Source: an uncultured Gemmatimonadales bacterium
GTDB lineage: Bacteria; Gemmatimonadota; Gemmatimonadetes; Gemmatimonadales; GWC2-71-9
Assembly: GCA_963695555.1 (NCBI GenBank)
Contig: CAVOGR010000002.1
Coordinates: 1-64,000, forward strand
Direction of reading: 5' to 3'
Length of the DNA stretch: 64,000 bases
The notes under the pieces are model-generated. The model searched no databases. It worked only from the letters and a program-made list of their open reading frames with translations, and was not told the origin of the DNA. Both the position numbers and the translations under genes were made by a program. Shown piece by piece: positions 28,333 through 36,564 of the stretch (the first letter of the stretch is position 1; each line of letters opens with the position of its first letter).

Positions 28333-29028
28333 CATCCCTACCACCCACCAATCCAAAGCCACCCCCACCACCCAGTGGATGACCGCGACGTACCAGATGG
28401 AGCCGACCCGGAGATCGATCGCGCCGAACACGAGGCCGGCGGGAATGGCCGACAGGGTCTCTTCCATGGGCCGGCCGAAGTGGGCCAGGACCGAGAGGGC
28501 TGTTTGGATCGCATTGGCCGTGGCGCCACCCACATGCTTCCGGAGGCCGAACAGGATGACCCCGCGGAACAGCACCTCCCACCCGAAGAAGTACGGCGCC
28601 TGCCGGAGGGCGTGCGGGATGAACCGGGCCGGCTCCGCCGTCAGCGTGGGGTCGAGCGGGTAGACCGCACGAAGCTCGGGCGACGGGGCGCTGATCCAGC
28701 CGGCCAGGACCGCGAGCGGGATGCCGACCGCGAGCCATACCAAACCCAGCCGCCAGCGGCCGAGTCCTAACCCCAAGTCTTTGAAACTCGAGCGGGTGAG
28801 CCAGCGCGCTGCCAACACGGGGATCAGACCGAGCAAGACGCCGGAGACGATGAAGTGCGCAGTTGGTTGGAGCGGCGGTCTCGAGAGGGAGGTCCAGCCG
28901 CGCTCGGGCGAGAACACGCCCACCACGTCGGCCCGCGCCAGATAATAGAAGACGAACAACACCAATGTCGCGACCAAGAGCAGCCAGAAGGGCTCCTGGC
29001 GACCCGAGAGCTGAGGCATGGGTTTCAT
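28330..29028 (-). CDS. CPBP (CAAX/Abi) intramembrane metalloprotease
   Basis: WEVLFRG, AH, H.VV motifs; ATG 29028 with ATGA overlap. Confidence 0.85.
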   Translation of the reverse strand: MKPMPQLSGRQEPFWLLLVATLVLFVFYYLARADVVGVFSPERGWTSLSRPPLQPTAHFIVSGVLLGLIPVLAARWLTRSSFKDLGLGLGRWRLGLVWLAVGIPLAVLAGWISAPSPELRAVYPLDPTLTAEPARFIPHALRQAPYFFGWEVLFRGVILFGLRKHVGGATANAIQTALSVLAHFGRPMEETLSAIPAGLVFGAIDLRVGSIWYVAVIHWVVGVALDWWVVGM

Positions 29029-30017
29029 GCGGCCAACTCCTGTTCTCGAATCGCGCCGAGCCAGGCGAGCGTCTGGGCGATGCCGGCCCGGAGCGGGCGC
29101 GGAGCGTAGCCCAGTTCCCTCGTGGTCGGTGTGATGTCGACGCCCTGGTCCTCGAGATAGACCCGCACCCAGTCGGCGGTGATCACGACCTGCCCGCCAA
29201 GCCGGCCCCAGAACTCGGACAGATGCCCAACGCCGATCGCGGCCCTGGGCGGCACCGCCACCATGCGGTGCCTGACCCCACTCAACTCGGCCACCAACTC
29301 GAACAAGTCGCGGATCGAGGCGTTCTCGCCACCCAACACGTAGTGGGCACCGGATCGTCCCCAATGAGCGGCGAGGATCATCCCGCGGGCCACGTCTTCC
29401 ACGTGGGCGTAGTTGCCCGGCACGTCGCCGTCGGCCACGCGTAGCCGGAACCGGCCCGCCAGGTAGAGCGCGATCATCTTGGTCGCGCCGTTCGCGTCGG
29501 TGAGCGGGCCCGGGCCGTAGACCCGAGTGGGATGGACGATCACGGCGTCGCCGCCGCTCGCTATATAGGACAGCACCAGCCGCTCGCCCATGAGCTTGGT
29601 GTGTTCGTACTCGGTGGGCTTCCGGATTCCATCCGGGAGCCAGGTCCGTCTGAGCTCCGGCAACGTGAGCACAGTCGACACGTGAACGATCCGGTCGGCC
29701 CCTGCCCGGCTCGCGAGCTCGAGCAGCAACTCGGTCCCCGTCACGTTTACGTCCCAGAACTCCCGTGGATTCCTGCTCCAGGCGCGGGCACAGCCGGCCA
29801 GGTGGAACACGGTCCCGACGCCGTCCATCGCGCGTACCATGGCGTCGCGGTCGATGATGTCGCCCCGCACCGCCTCGACCAGCGAGCCGTGCTCGCGGAT
29901 CAACGCGTCGGGGTGGCGGCAGATGATCCGAACCCGCTCGCCCGCATCTACCAATTGGCGCACCAGCTGCCGGCCGATGAAGCCGGAGGCGCCGGTCACC
30001 AGCGTCTTGGCTCTCAT
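29025..30017 (-). CDS. NAD-dependent epimerase/dehydratase (HpnA/DFR-like SDR)
   Basis: VTGASGFIG, YEHTK, P.RVYGPG, HVEDVA.G; ATG 30017. Confidence 0.88.
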   Translation of the reverse strand: MRAKTLVTGASGFIGRQLVRQLVDAGERVRIICRHPDALIREHGSLVEAVRGDIIDRDAMVRAMDGVGTVFHLAGCARAWSRNPREFWDVNVTGTELLLELASRAGADRIVHVSTVLTLPELRRTWLPDGIRKPTEYEHTKLMGERLVLSYIASGGDAVIVHPTRVYGPGPLTDANGATKMIALYLAGRFRLRVADGDVPGNYAHVEDVARGMILAAHWGRSGAHYVLGGENASIRDLFELVAELSGVRHRMVAVPPRAAIGVGHLSEFWGRLGGQVVITADWVRVYLEDQGVDITPTTRELGYAPRPLRAGIAQTLAWLGAIREQELAA

Positions 30018-30949
30018 GATCCACCTCCGGTGCTGAGCTCCGCCTCGGGATCGAGCCGCGGGAAGACCGGTAGCGGCAAGCGCTCGACTGATGCCCCACT
30101 GAACACACCCCTCAAGAGCGGCACCGCCACGACCTGCAACGCCGTGGCCCACACCAACCCGCCCAGAGCATCGATGGCGTAGTGGTTCTGGGTGTACACC
30201 GTGGCGAAGCAGACGCCCACGGTCTCGGCGATGATGAGCCAGGCCCACCGGCGCGGCAGCCAGCGCCACGCCAGGTAGGCGATGGTGACCGAGCCCGCGA
30301 CATGCGAACTCGGGAACGCGGTACCGAGCGAGTCGCCCGAGTTGTGCGCGGCCTGGACCAGCTGATACCAGAAGCCCTCGGTCAGGCCGCCCTGGTAATG
30401 CGGTAAGAGCGCCGCCGGACCGTCCACCGGGAACCACAGGTAGAGCGCGTAGCAGCCGAGGTAGGTCACGGCCAACCGGAAGGTCATGTCGCGCATGGCC
30501 GTATGCTGCCCCATGAGCCCCACCGCTATCACGGGGATGAAGATCAAGGGGTAGTAGGCGTAGTAGATGAAGTGCATGACCTCGCTCAGCCACACGTCGG
30601 GCATCCGGGGCATCCAGGTCAGGTTGAAGTGCTGGCCGAATACCCGGAGGTCCCACGCGGTCACGGTCTGATCATGGACCCCCACATGGTAGAGCTCGCG
30701 CAAGTAGCCGAGCTCGGTCCAGAAGGCGAGGATGAAGAGCAATGGGTAGATCTCCCTCAGGATCGCCACGGGACGTGCCAGGTCGCGCGGCGCTCTATTC
30801 AGGAAGAGCGGCAGCGCCGCGGCCGCGACGTGCGCGGCGAAGATCGCCGGCGCGTAACCGGCCTTCGCCACCACGGTCAGCCAGACCGCGGCGAGGAACA
30901 CGTTGTAGCCCGATACGACCGCATCGACGGGACGGGTTTGGTGTGTCAT
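30014..30949 (-). CDS. PAP2-family / inositol phosphorylceramide synthase (Aur1)-like membrane protein
   Basis: FPVDGP, AFPSSHVA, HYAID motifs; multiple TM. Confidence 0.8.
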   Translation of the reverse strand: MTHQTRPVDAVVSGYNVFLAAVWLTVVAKAGYAPAIFAAHVAAAALPLFLNRAPRDLARPVAILREIYPLLFILAFWTELGYLRELYHVGVHDQTVTAWDLRVFGQHFNLTWMPRMPDVWLSEVMHFIYYAYYPLIFIPVIAVGLMGQHTAMRDMTFRLAVTYLGCYALYLWFPVDGPAALLPHYQGGLTEGFWYQLVQAAHNSGDSLGTAFPSSHVAGSVTIAYLAWRWLPRRWAWLIIAETVGVCFATVYTQNHYAIDALGGLVWATALQVVAVPLLRGVFSGASVERLPLPVFPRLDPEAELSTGGGS

Positions 30950-31926
30950 AGCCACCGTTCCTCCTCATACCAGCGGGCGGTTTCTTCGGTGCCCCGCACG
31001 ACCGGATAGGCTGGTACAAAGCCCAGCTCCCGCTCGGCGGGCGACACGTCGCACACCCAGCGCTGCTGGGTCAGCTCACGCACCCGCTCGCGATTGAGAA
31101 TCGCCGCGGCGTGCCGGACCTTGGCACAGCCCTCAGCCGCAACTGCAATGAGGCGAGCCACACCGACCGGCACACTCACCAGCCGGGGCTCGCGATGAAG
31201 AGCCTGCCCTATCGCAGCCGCGACCGAACGCCAGGTGACCAGCTCGGGATGCGCCAAGCAGTAGGTGCGGCCCACCGCACCTGGCGTGTCCGCGGCCTCG
31301 AGAAGCCCCTGGACCGCGTCGCGCACATAGAGCATCGAGACCTCACGGTCCCAGCCACCGACGGTCAGGGCCACGCCATGCTTGATCATCCGGAACAGCG
31401 TGAGCACTCCCTTCTCACGTGGGCCGTACACCGACGTGAAGCGCAGAATCGTCGCGGGCACGCGGTCCTGATAGGCGTGCACCAGCACCTCGGCCAGCAG
31501 CTTGGAATGGCCGTAGTGAGACAGCGGCATCGGTACCGTGTCGGGCGACAAGAGTTCGCCGTTTCGGCAGGGGCCGGCCGCGGCCAGGGACGAGAGGAAC
31601 ACGACCCTGGGTGCCCCGCCGTTGTGTGCCGCGGCGGCCTTCAGGACCCGCGCCGTGCCCTCGGTGTTGATCAGGTAGTACTCGTGCGGCGTCCGGGCCT
31701 CGGTGAGTGCGGCCAGGTGGAACACCACGTCGGCACCATCACAGGCTTCGCGGAGCGCTGCGACATCCCCGAGTCCGATATCTCGATACTCGATCGGCAA
31801 GTCCCGGAGCCAGCGGTTGGGCGCGCCGGGCCGCTCGATGCAGACGACGTCGTCGCCGCGGGCGACCAGCGCCTCGATCAGGTGGCTCCCGATGAAGCCT
31901 CCGCCTCCAGTAACGATTGCACGCAT
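30946..31926 (-). CDS. NAD-dependent epimerase/dehydratase (extended SDR)
   Basis: VTGGGGFIGSHL, SSLAAAGP, YGHSK, VYGPR. Confidence 0.9.
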   Translation of the reverse strand: MRAIVTGGGGFIGSHLIEALVARGDDVVCIERPGAPNRWLRDLPIEYRDIGLGDVAALREACDGADVVFHLAALTEARTPHEYYLINTEGTARVLKAAAAHNGGAPRVVFLSSLAAAGPCRNGELLSPDTVPMPLSHYGHSKLLAEVLVHAYQDRVPATILRFTSVYGPREKGVLTLFRMIKHGVALTVGGWDREVSMLYVRDAVQGLLEAADTPGAVGRTYCLAHPELVTWRSVAAAIGQALHREPRLVSVPVGVARLIAVAAEGCAKVRHAAAILNRERVRELTQQRWVCDVSPAERELGFVPAYPVVRGTEETARWYEEERWL

Positions 31927-31953
31927 AACGCCTCCTCGTTGCTTCCTGTCCCA

Positions 31954-31985
31954 GAGTTACCCACCGGGAGTCAAGCGGGGCTCAA
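31954..31985 (-). promoter_or_regulatory. SARP-type promoter box (overlaps 3' end of hydrolase gene)
   Basis: - strand: TTGAGCC-ccgc-TTGACTC-N8-TAACTC. Confidence 0.55.
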
Positions 31986-32883
31986 GTGCCTTGCCATGGG
32001 CCAGCGACCAGTCGCGCATGTGCTCGATGGCCTCGACCACCGCGCCGGGACGCTCCTCGTGGATGTGATGGCCGGCGCCACCGACCGTGTCGACTTGAAA
32101 GGCGTGAAGCGTGCGGTGGAAGAGCGCGATCTCGCCGGCGGAGACCCCGCCTTCGTGCGGTGCCGTTCCCCTGAGCAGGAAGACGGGAGCCGGGATATCA
32201 GCCAGATGATCCCGGAGGCGCTCCGGCTCGCGGGCCTTCCCCATCTGGATGTAGGCCAGGAGGGTTCCGTCCAGGTCGGCCGCGGTGCCGGCGGTGTAGC
32301 CGGCGACCACCTCGTCGGTCACCCAGCTCGGATCGCCCGACGTTTCGATGAAGCCCTTCCGCATTTCCTTTCGGACGCGCTTGACGCCGCCGGCCCACTT
32401 GATGAACGACACGAACCGAAGCGCCTTCTTGAAACCGGGTGTGGCGGCTTCCTCGGCGGGGCCGCCCTCGATTGAGAGCAGCGCTCCCACCGCGCTGGGC
32501 CGGCGATACGCCAGGCGCAGTGCGATCGATGCGCCGAGCGAGTGGGCAACGACCAACGCGTCGGAGATACCGAGCGTGTCGAGCACTGCGGCGACGCGAT
32601 CGGCCTGGGCGGTGAGGGAGTAGTCGGCCTTCTCGGGGCGCGACGAGTGACCGAAGCCGAGCGGCTCGATGACGATCGCCTGATACTCGTCCGATGGAAG
32701 GAGCGCGATCACTTTGCGAAAGGCGTAGGCCGAGCCGGCCAGCCCCGGTATGAACACGACCGGCCGACCATGGCCCACCACCATGACATGGAGCGACTCG
32801 GCCCGGGCGACGGTGACGTACCTACTCAGGGCGGAGTCGGGCGACGCCGAGGCACTGAGAGCGAGCATGAGGGCGAGCCACAT
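31957..32883 (-). CDS. Secreted alpha/beta hydrolase
   Basis: Signal peptide; GFGHSSRP, AHSLGAS nucleophile elbow, GAGHHIHEERP. Confidence 0.88.
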   Translation of the reverse strand: MWLALMLALSASASPDSALSRYVTVARAESLHVMVVGHGRPVVFIPGLAGSAYAFRKVIALLPSDEYQAIVIEPLGFGHSSRPEKADYSLTAQADRVAAVLDTLGISDALVVAHSLGASIALRLAYRRPSAVGALLSIEGGPAEEAATPGFKKALRFVSFIKWAGGVKRVRKEMRKGFIETSGDPSWVTDEVVAGYTAGTAADLDGTLLAYIQMGKAREPERLRDHLADIPAPVFLLRGTAPHEGGVSAGEIALFHRTLHAFQVDTVGGAGHHIHEERPGAVVEAIEHMRDWSLAHGKALEPRLTPGG

Positions 32884-32912
32884 GACGTGATCCTCCGTGA
32901 GGGTCCACCGCC

Positions 32913-32944
32913 ACGTTCGCCGCGCGGGGTCAAGTCACGATCAA
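32913..32944 (-). promoter_or_regulatory. SARP-type promoter box
   Basis: - strand: TTGATCG-tgac-TTGACCC-N8-GAACGT. Confidence 0.6.
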
Positions 32945-33007
32945 GCCGCGCGAGGCTCGGTGTCCCCGCGCGGCTTGGTTACGCCGTCTCCGAGTGTGGT
33001 CACTTCA

Positions 33008-34219
33008 CTACGGCGTGCATTGCACCTCCATGTCGTACCCGGTGGACGACCCCGGCCCGACCTTGAGCACCACCTTCATTCTGCCGCGGAATGGGCCCGA
33101 CGGCGGCACCTCGATCTGCAGCACCACGCTCGACACCGAGGACAGGTGGTCGTTCAGGCGGGCATGGTCGTTCTGGTTGATCACGGCCGTGTACGTCTCT
33201 GCCAGCGGCGTCGGTGGGCTGGTGCTGGGATCCACCGGCGTCAGGTCGAGCTGCCCGTGGGCGCGGAACATGGTCAGGTAGTTCCCGCCTTGGGTCACGA
33301 TGGTCCGTTGGGTAAGTTCGATCGGACCGGTCACATACAGGTACTGGAACGCGTCACCCGAGCAGAACGGCTTCGGAATCACCTGATCGAACTGGATGGT
33401 GTATTCCTGGGTCGTGACGCCGGGCGTCGGCGTGCTTTGGCCGGTCACGAATAGGACGGTGGCCTGCCCATCGGTCAGGATCGGCACGGGATCGGTGGTA
33501 CTCGGCGGGCCACCGACCAGCGCCTTCAGCTCGTCCGGCAATCCGTTGTAAATCATGGCCGGAATCTCACGCCACGGCGCCGGGTTGATGGGCGGCGTCA
33601 ACGTGAGCGGCCCACCCGGATCGAGCAGGCCCGACCGCAGAAAGTCGATGACCACCAGCTGCTCGGCCAACTCCCAGTGGATGACCTGGTGCTCGTGTGT
33701 GCCGGGAATCAGCAGTTCGAAGTGCGCGTTCGCGACCGTGATGCTCCCCATGTCGAACAACCGAACGTGGAATCGCAGTGGATCATAGGCACCGCACTCG
33801 AGCTGTACCGCGCTGCCTTCCCACCCATGCGGCTCGGCGTAGGCGCCCTGCATCGTGCCGCCCAAGGCATCGGTCCAAGTGCAGTTGAATGGGAACGCGT
33901 CCGGAAGACCGAACATGGTCCGGTTCCCGTCGAGTCCCATCAGGGCCGAACGCAGTTGCTGTGGATTCGCCTGGCCGCTGAAGATCAGGTTCACCGGGTC
34001 GTCCGGCGTCGCGAGGTTCGAGCTGGTGAACGGCCAGAAGGTGAGCGACTCTCCGCCCACGTCGACCGTCACCAGCGGCGCAGGCGCCTGCGCATCGTTG
34101 GTTTTCGCCGAGAGTTCGGACACGGGGCCGACCGGATCCGACCCATCGTTGCAGCCAACGATGAGGACCAGGGAAAGTGCGGCTGCGACAATGCCCCCAG
34201 TCATGCGGCATGACAACAT
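33008..34219 (-). CDS. Hypothetical lipoprotein
   Basis: LIVGC lipobox; GGAGG RBS; 403 aa. Confidence 0.75.
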   Translation of the reverse strand: MLSCRMTGGIVAAALSLVLIVGCNDGSDPVGPVSELSAKTNDAQAPAPLVTVDVGGESLTFWPFTSSNLATPDDPVNLIFSGQANPQQLRSALMGLDGNRTMFGLPDAFPFNCTWTDALGGTMQGAYAEPHGWEGSAVQLECGAYDPLRFHVRLFDMGSITVANAHFELLIPGTHEHQVIHWELAEQLVVIDFLRSGLLDPGGPLTLTPPINPAPWREIPAMIYNGLPDELKALVGGPPSTTDPVPILTDGQATVLFVTGQSTPTPGVTTQEYTIQFDQVIPKPFCSGDAFQYLYVTGPIELTQRTIVTQGGNYLTMFRAHGQLDLTPVDPSTSPPTPLAETYTAVINQNDHARLNDHLSSVSSVVLQIEVPPSGPFRGRMKVVLKVGPGSSTGYDMEVQCTP

Positions 34220-34277
34220 GATGACCTCCTGGTGAGGGAAGAGCCTCGATCTCTCTCTAGGAGGCCGAGGCTCTGGG

Positions 34278-34309
34278 ATGCTAGGACCAGGGGGTCAAGC
34301 GGGGGTCAA
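34278..34309 (-). promoter_or_regulatory. SARP-type promoter box
   Basis: - strand: TTGACCC-ccgc-TTGACCC-N8-TAGCAT. Confidence 0.75.
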
Positions 34310-34382
34310 GCGGGGGGCTATTGGCTATTGGCTGAATAAGGGAGTAGGGAGTGGGGAGTAGGGAGTAGGATTTTGTGCTCGA

Positions 34383-34585
34383 TATCATCCCGAGCGTAGC
34401 GAGGGATTTCCTCAGCCGTTCTTCTCGCCCTCCGGCCGCGAGTCCGCGGCTTAAGCCGCGGCTCCGCTACTGTCGCTAAAGCGACGTACTGCTTTCTTCC
34501 TCCCAACTTTCCGTCTTTCCGCCTTGTCGCCTTCCCGGCATGCGTTAAAGAGATCCCTCGGGCGCTTCGCACCCTCGGGATGACA
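34383..34585. repeat. REP-like palindromic element copy B (long spacer with nested CCGCGGCTTAAGCCGCGG palindrome)
   Basis: Same arms as copy A. Confidence 0.8.
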
Positions 34586-34635
34586 CTCCGGGGTAACCCG
34601 GCCCTCCTTACTCCTTACTCCTTACTCCTTACTCC

Positions 34636-36564
34636 CTACTCCTTACTCCTCACTCCCTTCACAGCATCCATCACCCGCTCCCGCCCTCCCGCCGTAATCA
34701 TGTCGCGAGCCACCACCTCACGCATGATCCGGGCGACGAACACGTAGCCGCGCGATTCGAAGCTGAGCCAGCGCTGCCACTCGAGCTGATCGAGTGCCGC
34801 GTTTACCTGCTCCTCGGGGAAGCCGGTGGCGGTGGCCAGCATTTCGGGCGACGGGCGCTCGTCGAGGATAGCGGCTGCGGCCAAGACCTGCTGCGCGTCC
34901 GCACTCAGGCGATTGAAGCCGATTCGGATCGCGGCGACGATGGTGTCGGGCAGGCCGCCGGGTGCGGTCTCGGACAGAGTGTGAAGCGGCGCGGGCCAGG
35001 CACCGGCCTGGGAATCGAGATCGAACCCGGAGGCGATGGCGTGGAGCAGCTCGACCGCGAGGAGCGGGTAGCCCGCGGAGTCGGCCACTAGGCGGCGCGC
35101 GAGGCGCGCGGTTTCCTGCTCGGCGTAACTCGGGATGGCCCAGTGTGCCAGTTGCGCGAGTGCTTTCTCCGAAAGCGCGCCGAGGGTGAGGCACACGCCC
35201 GGCACGTCGCGCCCGAGTCGGGAGCGGAGGTCGTCCAGCTCGTCACGGCCCTCACGGGTATTCGCGGTCAGGATGAGAAGCAGCGGCGTCGCGGCCAGGT
35301 CACGCAGCAAGGCAAGTACGGCGGAGAAGCTATCGTGATCCAGCCAGTGGGCGTTGTCGATCATGACCACGACCGGTTGTTCCACGAGCGCCGCCTGGAA
35401 CACTTCGCCAATGGCCTGCCCGACCGGCTCGGGCGCGATGCCCTTCACCGCCTGGGCGTACTGGTCCTGCCACTCAGCGAGGTGCTGGGTGAAGCTCGCC
35501 AACGCGGCCGGCGGCGAGCCCGCGACACCCGCGATGTCGAGCAACCCGCCGCGCGCCAGACCGTACACACCGCTCCACTCGCGCGACCGATCGGCCTCGA
35601 CCGCCCGCAGTGCCACCACGGCGGCACCATCCAGCCGCGCTCGATCGAGCAGCTCGTCGGCCAGCCTGGTCTTCCCGGTGCCCGAGTCCCCCAGAATCAC
35701 CACGGCATGTGCCTCGCCGCGTGCGGCACATGCGTCCCAAGCCCCGACGATCGATCCCAACTCCTGTTCCCGTCCCACGAGCGGCGCGCGGCGGCTCTCA
35801 GCCAGATTCTTCGCCGCGTCGGACCGCGTGGCCGACGATGCGAGACCCAGCGACCGATCCTGCCGAATCCGTTCGGCGAGCTGAGCGGTGGCCTGTTCGG
35901 GCTTGGACTCGAGTTCCTGCACCAGCCGGTTGGCCAACGCGTCGTAGCGCTCCAACGCGGTTGCCCGATTGCCCGACAGCGAGAGACAGCGCATCACCGC
36001 CCGAAGCGCCGTCTCCGACCACGGGTCGAGCACAGTGGCCCGCTCGGCGCGCTGAGTCGCGTCGCTCACGTGACCGCCAGCCAAGAGTTCGTCGGTGTAC
36101 TCCGCCAAGACCTCGACGCCGCGGCGGCGCCAGGTGCCACGTTCCGCCGTGAGCCAGTCTTCGAATTCGGACGCGTCGTCAATTCCGAATCCTTCGAGGA
36201 AATTCCCGCCGACCATGTCGCCCGCACGCACAGTGTCACCCGCTGCTGCAGCTTGCTCGAATTGATCGACATCGAGCTCGACCGCATCGTCCGCCAACTC
36301 GACCGTATCACTCTCGGTCGTGATGTTCTTCTCGCCGATGATCTGACGCAGCGCGCGCAGCGCTTCGTTCAATGAGTGGCGTGCGGCCTTCTCGTCCTTA
36401 TCGGCCCAGAGCAGACCGATCAGGTGCTGGCGGCTCCGCCGGCGATGCGGCGAACGGGCCAGGTAGATGAGCAACGCCAGGTTCTTCCGCCACAGGAGCT
36501 CGGCGGGGGCCGGCTGGCCGTCGACCCGCACCTCGACCGGGCCCAGCGTCCGGCAGGTGATCAT
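34636..36564 (-). CDS. SARP-family transcriptional activator (OmpR-type DBD + BTAD + AAA ATPase)
   Basis: RTLGPVEV, ALLIYLA, L..LLW, LDPWSE.A.RAVMR, A..RY; LVGRE.EL, GDSGTGKT; ATGA coupled to the kinase. Confidence 0.9.
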   Translation of the reverse strand: MITCRTLGPVEVRVDGQPAPAELLWRKNLALLIYLARSPHRRRSRQHLIGLLWADKDEKAARHSLNEALRALRQIIGEKNITTESDTVELADDAVELDVDQFEQAAAAGDTVRAGDMVGGNFLEGFGIDDASEFEDWLTAERGTWRRRGVEVLAEYTDELLAGGHVSDATQRAERATVLDPWSETALRAVMRCLSLSGNRATALERYDALANRLVQELESKPEQATAQLAERIRQDRSLGLASSATRSDAAKNLAESRRAPLVGREQELGSIVGAWDACAARGEAHAVVILGDSGTGKTRLADELLDRARLDGAAVVALRAVEADRSREWSGVYGLARGGLLDIAGVAGSPPAALASFTQHLAEWQDQYAQAVKGIAPEPVGQAIGEVFQAALVEQPVVVMIDNAHWLDHDSFSAVLALLRDLAATPLLLILTANTREGRDELDDLRSRLGRDVPGVCLTLGALSEKALAQLAHWAIPSYAEQETARLARRLVADSAGYPLLAVELLHAIASGFDLDSQAGAWPAPLHTLSETAPGGLPDTIVAAIRIGFNRLSADAQQVLAAAAILDERPSPEMLATATGFPEEQVNAALDQLEWQRWLSFESRGYVFVARIMREVVARDMITAGGRERVMDAVKGVRSKE

